Shown: positions 47,993 through 58,556 of the stretch, piece by piece | Layout of the letters: each line of letters begins with the position of its first letter | Numbering within the stretch: the first letter of the stretch is position 1 | IMG/VR virus record: IMGVR_UViG_3300013741_000003 | Direction: 5' to 3' (one strand) | Source: an uncultured virus (IMG/VR IMGVR_UViG_3300013741_000003) | Taxonomy: Duplodnaviria > Heunggongvirae > Uroviricota > Caudoviricetes | Length of the DNA stretch: 64,000 nucleotides | The notes under the pieces: generated by a model | Told to the model about the DNA's origin: nothing | Seen by the model: only the letters and a program-made list of their open reading frames with translations | Database searches by the model: none | Position numbers and translations under genes: made by a program

Positions 47993-49453
47993 TTATCCTA
48001 TCATCTGTATGTTATTTTCAATCATTTTCAATTTATCTAATGCTAATTGTCTAGATGATATAGCTTTATCTTTGTCTTCATAAAATACTGAATAATATTC
48101 ATTTTCTTTAAACATTTTAACAAAATACTTAAAGGCATCGAACCAATCTTTATTCAATTTCTCAACTTTTTCAATACTAATAAATTCTGGCTGATAAACT
48201 ATTTTATGTGATGGTTTTTTATTTATACGACTATTTTCTTCTTTCCTTAAAGTTTCTAAATATCCAATATCACTATATTCAAAACAACCTTTTTCGCTAT
48301 TATAATCGGCACCCCCACCTAAAGTGAGGAAGGTATGCATAAGAAAACTTAATTCATTCATACCATATTGAGTATAGAAATAGTCTCTTTGATATTCATA
48401 GCTATAAATATCTTTATCATATTTTACCTCTTCTAACCCTTTATTTCTCATAGCTTCTACTGAATATCTGATATCTAATTTAAATACATACATCAATGAA
48501 CTATCAGAGGCATAAATTACTTTTCCGTCTTTAACAACAAGAACAGTATGTTCGAAAAATACATCTTTTTTATCATTCAAATGATTATTTAACTTAGCCA
48601 TTTCATCTTCAACAGAACTATATTCAGTATGAAGGAAATAAACAGTGAAGTTGTTATCATCATTTCCTTCAAAATAAAAAGTACAGTTTTGATCATCAAG
48701 AAATAAATTACCATCCTGAACCCACACATGATTATCTAAATCATTAAACTCAAACCTATTCTCTTTTGTAAACCCATGAGCATCGCACATTTTTTTCAAA
48801 TAATTTTTCTTTACAATCCAATCACTCAGATATTTAGCACTAATCTTTGTTGGCTCATCAGCTAAGGATAAATAAAAATCATGAGAATATTCTTTCATAC
48901 CCACATATTTAGATAACAATTTGTTATAATTTAAGATAGCATCAATACTCGAACTTGTAAGTAAAGCATTAGAGAGAAAATCTTCACTATTCGTTTTTGT
49001 ATACTCAATGACTTGTTTTACTTTTTTTATCATTTCTTGATTATTTTCTTCTTCAAATTTAGTCAACATAATATTAAATTGTTCAAGAATATCTTCAACA
49101 CTATGTTCTTGTTCAAAAAGATTAATCGTCATCACTTTTTCAAAAGAATAAATCTCATCCTTCTTTTCTTTCATACATTGAATACCATAATAAAGATGGT
49201 CAAGATCTTTTTTATCTTTTTCAAAATCATGAATCATTTCCCAATATACATTGATCACTTTTCCTTTTTTCTCAAAAATATAAAAATAGTCATTTTCAGG
49301 TAAGCGAATATATTTTACTTCCCTAATCTCATCTTTATGAAGGGGGAATAATAGATGATCCGATTCAAAAAATTTAATCGTCGCTTTTTTTACATCTTCA
49401 CAGAAATCTTTATTTTTATTAATAGCTATTTCTGTATAGTTAACTTTATTCAT
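47993..49453 (-). CDS. paralog family B member
   Basis: FNDLDNHVW..DDQNCT, HTFLTLGGGADYN. Confidence 0.78.
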   Translation of the reverse strand: MNKVNYTEIAINKNKDFCEDVKKATIKFFESDHLLFPLHKDEIREVKYIRLPENDYFYIFEKKGKVINVYWEMIHDFEKDKKDLDHLYYGIQCMKEKKDEIYSFEKVMTINLFEQEHSVEDILEQFNIMLTKFEEENNQEMIKKVKQVIEYTKTNSEDFLSNALLTSSSIDAILNYNKLLSKYVGMKEYSHDFYLSLADEPTKISAKYLSDWIVKKNYLKKMCDAHGFTKENRFEFNDLDNHVWVQDGNLFLDDQNCTFYFEGNDDNNFTVYFLHTEYSSVEDEMAKLNNHLNDKKDVFFEHTVLVVKDGKVIYASDSSLMYVFKLDIRYSVEAMRNKGLEEVKYDKDIYSYEYQRDYFYTQYGMNELSFLMHTFLTLGGGADYNSEKGCFEYSDIGYLETLRKEENSRINKKPSHKIVYQPEFISIEKVEKLNKDWFDAFKYFVKMFKENEYYSVFYEDKDKAISSRQLALDKLKMIENNIQMIG

Positions 49454-49638
49454 CTGGATTCCTTATTATTGTCTATAAAATATTGAAACATTATAGCAGT
49501 TTTTAAAATGCTTTACTATACTTTTTTATCGTATTAACTCTTTGTTTTTAGTGATAATTTAAATTAATGAAAAGTAGTATAAAACTAGCTTTTTTATATA
49601 AAAATATGGTAAAATACTTAAAACAATAGGAGAAAAAG

Positions 49639-50190
49639 ATGACAAATATTAAACTAATTTGCACTCATTTAATTACGGTTGGCACAGTAGAAATGTTTGA
49701 AAAAGCACCTGATTGGGCAACTCATCTTGTTAGCTTTAATGGAAGTAAATATTTTACAGATACAGCAAATCCTGAACCTCTTACTCGTTATTCTAAAGCG
49801 GCTCATCCATATAATGAAGGAAACTTTAATGAGCATATGTTTAAGTCAAAACATAAGTTTATCGTTGAAGCAGCTAGGATTAATCAAAAACAAAATTCTT
49901 GGGATGGTGAAGGAAGACCTCAAGTTGGTCAAGTTTGTGCTTTAGATTCTGATATTAATGTTGTCATTCTTGGGAAAACTAAAGATATTTTCAATAAAAC
50001 AGTTTACACTGTTCAGGATGTAGATAGTCATGAAATTTTCATCGCTCGTTCCGATGAGTTTATGCCTTATTATTCTGATCGTGATTTAAAAGATCGTGAA
50101 GTTCTTATGGAAATATCAAATATTCTTAGAAAAAGTGTTGATGATGAACAAGTTTTGAAAATGTTCAGGCTTTTTAAGGAAAAGTCTTAA
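49639..50190 (+). CDS. phage hypothetical protein
   Basis: APDWATH and WDGEGRPQVG..C motifs. Confidence 0.7.
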   Translation: MTNIKLICTHLITVGTVEMFEKAPDWATHLVSFNGSKYFTDTANPEPLTRYSKAAHPYNEGNFNEHMFKSKHKFIVEAARINQKQNSWDGEGRPQVGQVCALDSDINVVILGKTKDIFNKTVYTVQDVDSHEIFIARSDEFMPYYSDRDLKDREVLMEISNILRKSVDDEQVLKMFRLFKEKS

Positions 50191-50520
50191 TGACGGCTCC
50201 ATGAGCCTGTTACTATGATTAATATTTTTTACTTAAATATAAAAAAGCGGCATTGCCGCTTTTTATTTATACAGTAAAACTTTTTTATAAAGTATCTGCA
50301 CTAGATACTAATATATCGACTAATGCTATTAATGCTTTATCTTGACCAGATTTATCTATATTATCTGTCAGCTTTTCTAATATCCAATGCATTATTTATC
50401 TCCACATTTTTACTATTTTTCTCTAAAAGATGATCATAGACACCAGAATAATCTTCATTTCTTTGAGAATGTAAACCAATCATAGGAAAATCCTCATCTT
50501 CTACTTTTTCATTATCATCT

Positions 50521-51276
50521 TTAAAGTGTCGCATTTTTCTGCTCCTTTTTTATTGGATCTGTTTGAGATACTATTTGCTTAAACCTTTCTAAATCAACCT
50601 TATCATTCATTAGGTAACGATTTATATTAAATATATTAGCTGTTTTAACATTAACTGGATAACTATAAACACCGAATCCAGCAATATAACCATTTTTCTT
50701 TAAAGCTTCAATTAACTCTTTATTCTTTTTCCCATACGGATAAACATAAATAGGAACGAATTTTCCAGTAGTTCTTATTATTTGAGCTTTACTTGTTTCT
50801 ACATCATGTTCCGGGAACCCAAGAAAATCTTTAACAAAATGGGTGTGCGAATGATTAACAAACGTAAAGTTATCTGCTCCATATTTCTCTATATCATCCC
50901 TTTGCAAATATGTCCTATTTTTAAACGTCTGATATTCTGTTATTAAGGCAAACATTGCTGGATAATTATATTTTTTTAATACTTCCATCGCTGCTTTTTG
51001 TGTAGCCCAACCATCATCAAATGTAATTATTACACTTTTAGGTGGCAAAGCTTTCTTTTTTGTTATTGCTTCTACTAAATCCATCGCAGGAACAACATTA
51101 TAATTATTTTCGTAAAGATACTCCATTTGCTGCTTAAACAACTCAGGTGTTGTATTCATGTCATTTTTATAATGTGCAATTTGATGATACATTAAAACAA
51201 CCGATACATCTTTAGCCTGAGAAAACATTGTAAAACTTGCCAAACATCCAACTAACATCCATTTTAAAATTTTCAT
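50521..51276 (-). CDS. secreted polysaccharide deacetylase (CE4/NodB)
   Basis: signal peptide; LMYH, TFDDG, HSHTH, YPYG; start revised to MKILKW. Confidence 0.88.
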   Translation of the reverse strand: MKILKWMLVGCLASFTMFSQAKDVSVVLMYHQIAHYKNDMNTTPELFKQQMEYLYENNYNVVPAMDLVEAITKKKALPPKSVIITFDDGWATQKAAMEVLKKYNYPAMFALITEYQTFKNRTYLQRDDIEKYGADNFTFVNHSHTHFVKDFLGFPEHDVETSKAQIIRTTGKFVPIYVYPYGKKNKELIEALKKNGYIAGFGVYSYPVNVKTANIFNINRYLMNDKVDLERFKQIVSQTDPIKKEQKNATL

Positions 51277-51298
51277 TCTTACCCTTATTTTTTTATAT

Positions 51299-52435
51299 TT
51301 ATTTATAATAACCAATGCCGTTTTCACGACACCAAATTGAGAGAATATTTGCTTCATGAGGTTTTAAAGATCTGTTAGCAAAACCTCTTGCTTGCACTAT
51401 AGTATAAGAACTCCCCACTTCAATAGTGGCAACTCTTTTTTCTTCCGCATACCCCCAAGGAGTATTAGGACGTACTTTTAATGACCAAATAGAACAACTA
51501 TTATTGATACATTTGGCACGATAGCTATAAACACAATGGTGCATTTTATTACCTTCTTCTGCTAAGGCTTTACCTTGCAGAATTTGAGTAATAGTCCAAA
51601 CCACCTCATTTCCTTTTTCATCTTTACGAATATATTCTCCATTAGGAATATCAAACCCCTTCCAAGAATAACCAGAATGCTCCTTGATGCGACGAAGCTC
51701 ATAGTGCCAATCTTTAACCCTTTCCAATAGAGTCTTAATAGTGAAACCTTGACCAAAAATAGAAAAGTCTCTATTTTCATTTTTCTTACTTTCCAAAAAA
51801 TCTAAAATATCATCGAGCTGCTCAATACTTTCTGGAATATTCGTTGAGAAGAAACGAGCACAATCACGCCAGAATACGTTATCTTTTGGCTTTTTACCAA
51901 GCTTAGAACGAGCAATACGGAAAGCAATACCATCACTAGCACCAGCACATATAGCTGTAGCATAGTAAATAGCTTCATTAATAGTCAATGGTTTTATACA
52001 TGCCATGAAAACATGCGTTTCTTTTTTAGTCATAAATTCTTTTAGGTATTCTTTATGAAGAGAACCACCTGTTCCTGCACAAATATACCAATCATGACAT
52101 TCTGTTCTGATGATTTTGTTATTATTCCTATTACCACCATATGGACGATTATTTTCTTGTTTATACCAAACCTGCTCTAAAATTTTAGGAACTGGATATT
52201 TTACAAACAAATGCTTAACCATTTCAAGACGTTGCTTGATACGGTCAGATGAGCGGGTTTTTAACTTAAAATCACATACAGGACGTATGCATTTTACCAA
52301 AATTTCATTAGGGAAATCATGCTCTATAGGAGATACTTCTTTTTCTTTTTCCTTAAGTTTTTTTCCATGATGAGAAAGCATTGCAAGCTCTTGCTCTGCC
52401 TTAATGATTTTTTCAGCTTTTGTTAGCTTAGACAT
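51299..52435 (-). CDS. PcfJ-like domain protein
   Basis: WH...LAEEGNKMHHCVYSY...TIEV...VQARGFAN. Confidence 0.8.
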   Translation of the reverse strand: MSKLTKAEKIIKAEQELAMLSHHGKKLKEKEKEVSPIEHDFPNEILVKCIRPVCDFKLKTRSSDRIKQRLEMVKHLFVKYPVPKILEQVWYKQENNRPYGGNRNNNKIIRTECHDWYICAGTGGSLHKEYLKEFMTKKETHVFMACIKPLTINEAIYYATAICAGASDGIAFRIARSKLGKKPKDNVFWRDCARFFSTNIPESIEQLDDILDFLESKKNENRDFSIFGQGFTIKTLLERVKDWHYELRRIKEHSGYSWKGFDIPNGEYIRKDEKGNEVVWTITQILQGKALAEEGNKMHHCVYSYRAKCINNSCSIWSLKVRPNTPWGYAEEKRVATIEVGSSYTIVQARGFANRSLKPHEANILSIWCRENGIGYYK

Positions 52436-52511
52436 TTCTTTTCCTCGAAAATTTTATGCCTTCATCATAACCTTTATCTATATAAAAAACAATCAATTTT
52501 ATATAAAATTC

Positions 52512-52793
52512 TTAACTTGCTGTGAAATCATGCTCAACCTCACCTACACATGTATAGTGTTCATAGTAAGATGTAACATAATCGCACACTACTGGAGCAC
52601 CACATTCCTCACAAATCCAATCAGGGTTATTTCTTGAGAAATCTTTAGCTAATGATTTTTTTATCTGCTCTGCTTTATCCCTTAAATCTTTATCAGATAA
52701 ATGAGCCTCATTTTTTAATAAAATTTTAACACCATTATCCAAAAATGCTTTATTTTTAGGATTCTCATTACAATAAATTTCTACAATGTTCAT
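52512..52793 (-). CDS. small Zn-ribbon-like protein
   Basis: CEECG...C...H. Confidence 0.55.
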   Translation of the reverse strand: MNIVEIYCNENPKNKAFLDNGVKILLKNEAHLSDKDLRDKAEQIKKSLAKDFSRNNPDWICEECGAPVVCDYVTSYYEHYTCVGEVEHDFTAS

Positions 52794-52919
52794 TTTATCT
52801 CCTTTTATTTTTCAAAAATATTAACTTATTTTTTTATGGAAAACAAAGTTATTTTATTGTGTTATTTAGTGTCTTTGTTATCATTGATTTATAATAAATA
52901 TATAATAAGGAACCTGTAA

Positions 52920-53657
52920 TTGAAAACTGTAAAACTATATCATGATGATTGCTTAAAAATCATGGAAACTATTCCAACAGCAAGCATTGATCTTATTTTA
53001 TGTGATTTACCCTATGGAACAACTCAGAATGAATGGGACACTATAATTCCTTTTGATTTATTATGGGAACAATATATGCGTATTAGTAAAGGCGCTATCG
53101 TTCTCTTTGCTGCGCAACCTTTCACATCGCTTCTTATCAGCTCTAACTTAAAATACTTTAAATATGATTGGGTATGGGAAAAAACAAAAGCTACGGGCCA
53201 TTTAAATGCTAAAAAACAGCCATTACGAAATAAGGAAGATATTCTTGTATTTTATAAAAAACAACCTACCTATAATCCTCAAATGAGTAAAGGTGAGCCT
53301 TATAAAAATAAAACAGGAAAAGATATTAATGGTTCGTCATCTATGACAGCATCTTATGGTAAGTATACCAATAAAAGAAATGAAAATACGGGTTTTAGAT
53401 ATCCAAAACAAATACTTAAATTTAACACTGTACAAAGAAATACATTACATCCTACTGAAAAACCTGTTCCATTATTAGAATACCTTATTAAAACTTATAC
53501 TAATAAAGGAGACGTGGTTCTTGATAACTGCATGGGGTCTGGTAGTACTGGTGAAGCAGCTATTAATCTTGATAGACAATTTATTGGAATAGAACAAGAA
53601 CTTAAGTTTTTTACTAAAGCTTTAATAAGAATAGATAATGCAAGATTAAAAAAATAA
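52920..53657 (+). CDS. orphan DNA methyltransferase (N6A/N4C, beta class)
   Basis: DLPY catalytic motif precedes HPTEKP and DNCMGSGST SAM-binding motif. Confidence 0.9.
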   Translation: MKTVKLYHDDCLKIMETIPTASIDLILCDLPYGTTQNEWDTIIPFDLLWEQYMRISKGAIVLFAAQPFTSLLISSNLKYFKYDWVWEKTKATGHLNAKKQPLRNKEDILVFYKKQPTYNPQMSKGEPYKNKTGKDINGSSSMTASYGKYTNKRNENTGFRYPKQILKFNTVQRNTLHPTEKPVPLLEYLIKTYTNKGDVVLDNCMGSGSTGEAAINLDRQFIGIEQELKFFTKALIRIDNARLKK

Positions 53658-53676
53658 AGCCCCGAAGGGCTTTATT

Positions 53677-53901
53677 TCATTTACTTGACAATTTATTTCT
53701 AATAAACGCTTGCAGATTTAATCCTGCTTTATCCGCTTCATCTATTAGATATTGATATGTTTCTTCTGGCAATCTAACACTTATGTTCACCATACCTAAA
53801 GCTTTATCAATCTCTTTTTTTTCTTTTTGCGATACTACTTCAACATATCTTTCATCACATCCTAACTCTCTACTTTCCCAAGGGCATAATTCTTTTTTCA
53901 T
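53677..53901 (-). CDS. CopG/RHH-like DNA-binding protein (start revised)
   Basis: WESRELG...IDKALGM..ISVRLP...GL..QAFIR; GAGGAG SD. Confidence 0.65.
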   Translation of the reverse strand: MKKELCPWESRELGCDERYVEVVSQKEKKEIDKALGMVNISVRLPEETYQYLIDEADKAGLNLQAFIRNKLSSK

Positions 53902-54138
53902 AAATAACTCCTCTGTTATTGAGTATGTAAAGCTTTTAAAACTAACAGATTTTATGAACGCCCTTAAAATCACTTCAAAACCTACTATACCACCTTCTTT
54001 TATTGAATACAATCAAAATATGACAAAATAATATACTAACCCTTTTGATAAATACAAACACGAGATATCTTTTTAAATTTTAATATATTTAATTCTTACC
54101 ACGTTACTTCTTTAAATGCAGATGTTATTTAAAAATAA

Positions 54139-55146
54139 TCAAAACTTAATTCCCAAATGATCATTATAATATTTATCTTTTTCTTTAGTTTCTGCTCCCC
54201 TTAAACCATCATATTTTTGACTTAACTGAACGATTTGATCAAAAGTGATATAGTTATTATATGTAGATATACTATCACCTCCAGAATATATATCACGATT
54301 TCTGTTTTCTAAAGGAATATCAATGAGTAATTGGCTAAAACTATGACCAATTTTAAATATTTCTCTTAGCTTTTTAGTTTCTCCATTTCTATAATATACT
54401 TTCATCTGCTCTATTTGCTTATTGTAATTACCAATAATTTTATTTTCGTAAAAGTCATTAGCTTGAGTACGATTTTTTATTTGTCTGTATTCTTTCCATA
54501 CGTTTTGATCTATAAAATACGTGCTTGGATCATATCCTTTTTCAGTTAATAGTTTTCCTAAATTATTAAAAATAACATTTCCAGCATATACACTACCAAA
54601 CTCTGAAGCATTAGAACTTAACATTAATACTGAATTTCTAAACTTATCTAAATCTTTTTTATCGTTTATTTTTAGATCTTCGTACAAATCTATTACTGAT
54701 TTCTTTTTCACTGCCTCACTTGCTGATAACCCCCTTGCATTATAAGCAATGCTTTCTAATGTTTTATTAGCATCAGCATATCTATATTTCATTTGTAGCA
54801 TACTATTTAATCCTTTATCCTCGCCAAACAAATGATTAAAAGTGACATTTTCATCTTGCATATACATATTTCCAAATAGTCTTAAATCTTCTTTAAATTG
54901 ACTATCTGTATACGGAACTTCATCTATTTTAGCCTTAAATGTTTTATAGTTTTCTAATTGACTATAATAGTTTGTTTTATATTCTATTGTGTTATTTACT
55001 TGTACTACTTGGCTTGAAACGACGGAAAGTTCCCATCCAGTAGTGAAAATAAAAGGAATCATAAAAGCTAATAGGATACTTTTCTTCAATCCTCTATTTA
55101 TTTTATGATTAGTTTTTGTTTTTATTTTATCTTTAGTTAGTATCAT
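54139..55146 (-). CDS. membrane-anchored paralog family A member
   Basis: VPYTDSQFKEDL, YYRNGETKKLREIFKIG. Confidence 0.78.
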   Translation of the reverse strand: MILTKDKIKTKTNHKINRGLKKSILLAFMIPFIFTTGWELSVVSSQVVQVNNTIEYKTNYYSQLENYKTFKAKIDEVPYTDSQFKEDLRLFGNMYMQDENVTFNHLFGEDKGLNSMLQMKYRYADANKTLESIAYNARGLSASEAVKKKSVIDLYEDLKINDKKDLDKFRNSVLMLSSNASEFGSVYAGNVIFNNLGKLLTEKGYDPSTYFIDQNVWKEYRQIKNRTQANDFYENKIIGNYNKQIEQMKVYYRNGETKKLREIFKIGHSFSQLLIDIPLENRNRDIYSGGDSISTYNNYITFDQIVQLSQKYDGLRGAETKEKDKYYNDHLGIKF

Positions 55147-55177
55147 TATGCTTTCTCTTTTATCTTTTATATTTTAT

Positions 55178-56260
55178 TTAAAACCAATAGAATAAATTCA
55201 TGTTTTCATAGTATTGTCTATTTTCTTTGTTTACTAAGCCTTGCATTTCACTGTATTTTAAAACAAGAGGGCTTAGATTTATATATCCACTTATGTGTCC
55301 AGAAAGACCTTTATTCATATTATTAAAATATAACCCTTTTCTTTCGAGCGTAGGAGCGTTTTCTATCATTACTTTACTGTAAGCATTACCTATTTTAAAA
55401 ACTTCTCTAAGTTTGTCATAATCTTTATTCTTGTAATAACTTAATAGGGTTTTCATGTTAGCTTCACCTATTCTCTTTTTTTCTTCATAAAATCTTTCCC
55501 TTGATTCTTTAGATTTTTCGAAATCCCTATTTTGATCATATATTTTTTCTTCCTCAAGGTTTTTACTTATTAAATTTGTTGGAACTGAATATAAATCAGC
55601 AGAAAATCCTTTACTTAGAGTATATTCTCTAATATTATTTAACTCATCTTTTATTAAAGGATAATTTATAACATGATTATTACTTCCCATCATAAATGTA
55701 GAAGATAATATTCTATTAAACTTTACCACGCCCCCATTTTTATCATTTAATAGTTCTTTATATATTCCTGCTTTTTTATAGGGGTTATAACCATTATTAT
55801 CATTTGGATTATTATCCGAATAATTCATAGAACTTGTTTCTTTTAAAAATTGTGGGAAAAACTCGTGCCTATCTAAATATTTTAATTTCATTTCAGTAAA
55901 ATTATAAAATCCTACTTCTTTTGTAGAAAATACCTTATCTGAAACTGCATTATTATTAACATATAAATATTCAAATAATGATAAATCTTTTTTGAAATCA
56001 TCTTCGGTATAAGGAACAGCTTCCATAGCTTTATAAAAGTTATTATAACTGTTTAAATTGTTATAATATTCTATTTTTTCTTTTACTAAATTCGATGTTT
56101 TAACAACATCAGAAGAAAGTATTACTGTATTACCCGCAACAAATAATCCACTAAAAATAGCAACGGCAAATAAAGCTTTCTTCATTTTTTTTAATGGTCT
56201 TTTATTATACAGCTTTTTTATTTTTGAACTATTTATTGTTTTATCTTTTGTTAATATCAT
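55178..56260 (-). CDS. membrane-anchored paralog family A member
   Basis: VPYTEDDFKKDL, YYKNKDYDKLREVFKIGN. Confidence 0.78.
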   Translation of the reverse strand: MILTKDKTINSSKIKKLYNKRPLKKMKKALFAVAIFSGLFVAGNTVILSSDVVKTSNLVKEKIEYYNNLNSYNNFYKAMEAVPYTEDDFKKDLSLFEYLYVNNNAVSDKVFSTKEVGFYNFTEMKLKYLDRHEFFPQFLKETSSMNYSDNNPNDNNGYNPYKKAGIYKELLNDKNGGVVKFNRILSSTFMMGSNNHVINYPLIKDELNNIREYTLSKGFSADLYSVPTNLISKNLEEEKIYDQNRDFEKSKESRERFYEEKKRIGEANMKTLLSYYKNKDYDKLREVFKIGNAYSKVMIENAPTLERKGLYFNNMNKGLSGHISGYINLSPLVLKYSEMQGLVNKENRQYYENMNLFYWF

Positions 56261-56374
56261 CTCAGCCTCTAATATTTTAGTAAATCATAAGATTTTCTTT
56301 TATAGTATTTTACTATAATTTCCTTTCATTCCTAAATAAACTTCTTTAGTTATATTTAGTATCATAATTATCCT

Positions 56375-57514
56375 TTAATAGTTTAACATTAACCATTTTT
56401 CCCCATCATAATATTTTTTTGATTCTTGGTTATAAGTTCCTTTTATTTTTGCCACCTTTCTGGCATCATCTATATAATATTTTTTAAATGATTCGCTATC
56501 TTCATCATATTTATCTTTTTCTATTAAACCTAAATCTTTCATTTTCTCTTCAACTATATATGATGGCCTTACTCCATATGTTTCAAAATTATTTTTATTT
56601 ACAATATCATCAAAAATAAGTACAGAAAATCCATTTAATACTTTAAATATTCTTCTAATTTTTTCATAATTTCCATTTTTATAATATTCCTTTATTTTGT
56701 TTAAAGACTCTGTTTTTTCTTTATAAAAATCATAGTCAAGCTTATCTAGAGCTTTCATATATTCACCTTCATTTTTATAAGATTCTTTTCCACCCATTAC
56801 TTTAGCAAGAGCCTTCATATATTCCTTTCGTTTATCTTTTCCTATATACAATGCATCTTCTGATAATCCCTCTTCTTTTATTAATTTTCTTATATTCTCA
56901 TAGATTGTATTATCAATTAAAACAGCATCTCCCATAGACGGGTGATCACCATTAAATCTAAATAAAGCTGACCTATAAGTGGATTTTATTTTTTCATTTT
57001 CAGAGGAATAAAACGAAGTAGGTTTAAAAAAATTAGAATATTTTTTATTGCCAAAAGCTGTAATGTCAATATTTTCATTTTTAAATTTATTTGATTCATT
57101 AATCATTGATAAAAACGTTTTATCAATATTTTCATTTTTTAGAACCATTCTATCTATCATAAAATTATATAATTCATATTTCCCATATTTTACTTGCATC
57201 AGTGGAGTATTATTGTTTTCAAATATGTATCCAAATAGCTTCAAATCTCTTTGAAACTGCTGTTCTGTGTAAGGAGTATTATTTATTCTTGTTTTAAAAT
57301 TATCATAGTTGTTCATTCCTGCGAAGTTATCTATACTAGCATCTATTCTGTTAGAAATATTTATACTATTGGTTAATGTAACAGAAACTTCCCAACTAAA
57401 TATAGCGCTAAATAAAATAGCCCCACCAATTATACTTTTTTTGATAAAACTGCTTTTTTTAAATTTGGTTTTATGCTTTTCGTTGAGCACTGTTTTATTT
57501 TTAGTTAGTATCAT
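56375..57514 (-). CDS. membrane-anchored paralog family A member
   Basis: TPYTEQQFQRDL, YYKNGNYEKIRRIFK. Confidence 0.78.
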   Translation of the reverse strand: MILTKNKTVLNEKHKTKFKKSSFIKKSIIGGAILFSAIFSWEVSVTLTNSINISNRIDASIDNFAGMNNYDNFKTRINNTPYTEQQFQRDLKLFGYIFENNNTPLMQVKYGKYELYNFMIDRMVLKNENIDKTFLSMINESNKFKNENIDITAFGNKKYSNFFKPTSFYSSENEKIKSTYRSALFRFNGDHPSMGDAVLIDNTIYENIRKLIKEEGLSEDALYIGKDKRKEYMKALAKVMGGKESYKNEGEYMKALDKLDYDFYKEKTESLNKIKEYYKNGNYEKIRRIFKVLNGFSVLIFDDIVNKNNFETYGVRPSYIVEEKMKDLGLIEKDKYDEDSESFKKYYIDDARKVAKIKGTYNQESKKYYDGEKWLMLNY

Positions 57515-57620
57515 ACTCTACCCTCATCTTATTAAGATATGATACCTTATCTTATCTTTTAACTACAAATTTTTGATTACTTTAAATACAAAAAAAGACT
57601 GCAGGGCAGTCTTTAAATAT

Positions 57621-57911
57621 TTAGCAATATTGAGATATTTTATAGCCCGATTCGGTTAATCCATACGAATACGGATTGGAGCTTTTATCAACTTTTAATA
57701 ACTCTTTACTTTGTAAAAGATTGAGAGCAATATTAAGCTCATCACAAGTTAAGTTACACGAATGAGAAAACTTCTTTTTGTTTCCAACATTAAAGCAAAC
57801 ACCTACAGGTAATGGACGAGAAGATCCTTTTTCAAAATCGTATTTTTTATTGTCTAAAAATCTTACTACCGATTTTTCACCAAAACTTAACTCAATTTTT
57901 GCTTTTTTCAT
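57621..57911 (-). CDS. possible winged-helix protein
   Basis: L..LQSKELL......YGLTESG; promoter at 57942-57970. Confidence 0.5.
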   Translation of the reverse strand: MKKAKIELSFGEKSVVRFLDNKKYDFEKGSSRPLPVGVCFNVGNKKKFSHSCNLTCDELNIALNLLQSKELLKVDKSSNPYSYGLTESGYKISQYC

Positions 57912-58166
57912 CTTCTTTATCCATCATATTTTGTTGAAGTCATTATATAATAGATAGTAGTCAAGCACAAGAAAATGTTTATTTTTTGATAAATACTGAT
58001 TGTTCTGGAACAACTTTATTATCAATGGACTCAATTTCTCCAGAGGTTAAAAGACCATTTACAAAGCGCCAAGCATCACGATATTTTTTACATGTATGTT
58101 TACTTTCTCCATCTCTTTTTACATGATACTCTTGAGTCGTTTCGTTATATTCAAGTAGAGCTTGTT

Positions 58167-58379
58167 TCATACTGCTTCCTTTTTATTTACTTTTATTTTG
58201 TTTAAAACAATAGATACGAAAGCCATTATTGCTAATCCAGCTACTAATGATAGAGGATAATTATAAGAGTTTTTATCAACTTGTTGACTTACAAACAACG
58301 CTATTAATAAGATAGGAGCATAGATGAAAAACTTCTGCATCTCTCCAAGTTTTTTACTTAATGAAATTTTATTATCCAT
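58167..58379 (-). CDS. small two-TM membrane protein
   Basis: two hydrophobic helices. Confidence 0.6.
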   Translation of the reverse strand: MDNKISLSKKLGEMQKFFIYAPILLIALFVSQQVDKNSYNYPLSLVAGLAIMAFVSIVLNKIKVNKKEAV

Positions 58380-58556
58380 ATTTTATCCTCTAATAAAAAG
58401 CTACCGGAGTAGCTTATTTAAATGTTAACAGTAAACTCATAGCAACGACCATTGCAGAACAAAAGCCAAATAGTACACCTAAAGCAAAATATACCTCTGA
58501 TTTTGTTGCTGTTCGATTAGCTTCTTTCAGGAATTTTTGAAATGTAGCATTCATAC

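Noticed and set aside
52920..53657. Restriction-modification system
   Set aside because: No adjacent endonuclease; orphan methyltransferases are common in phages.
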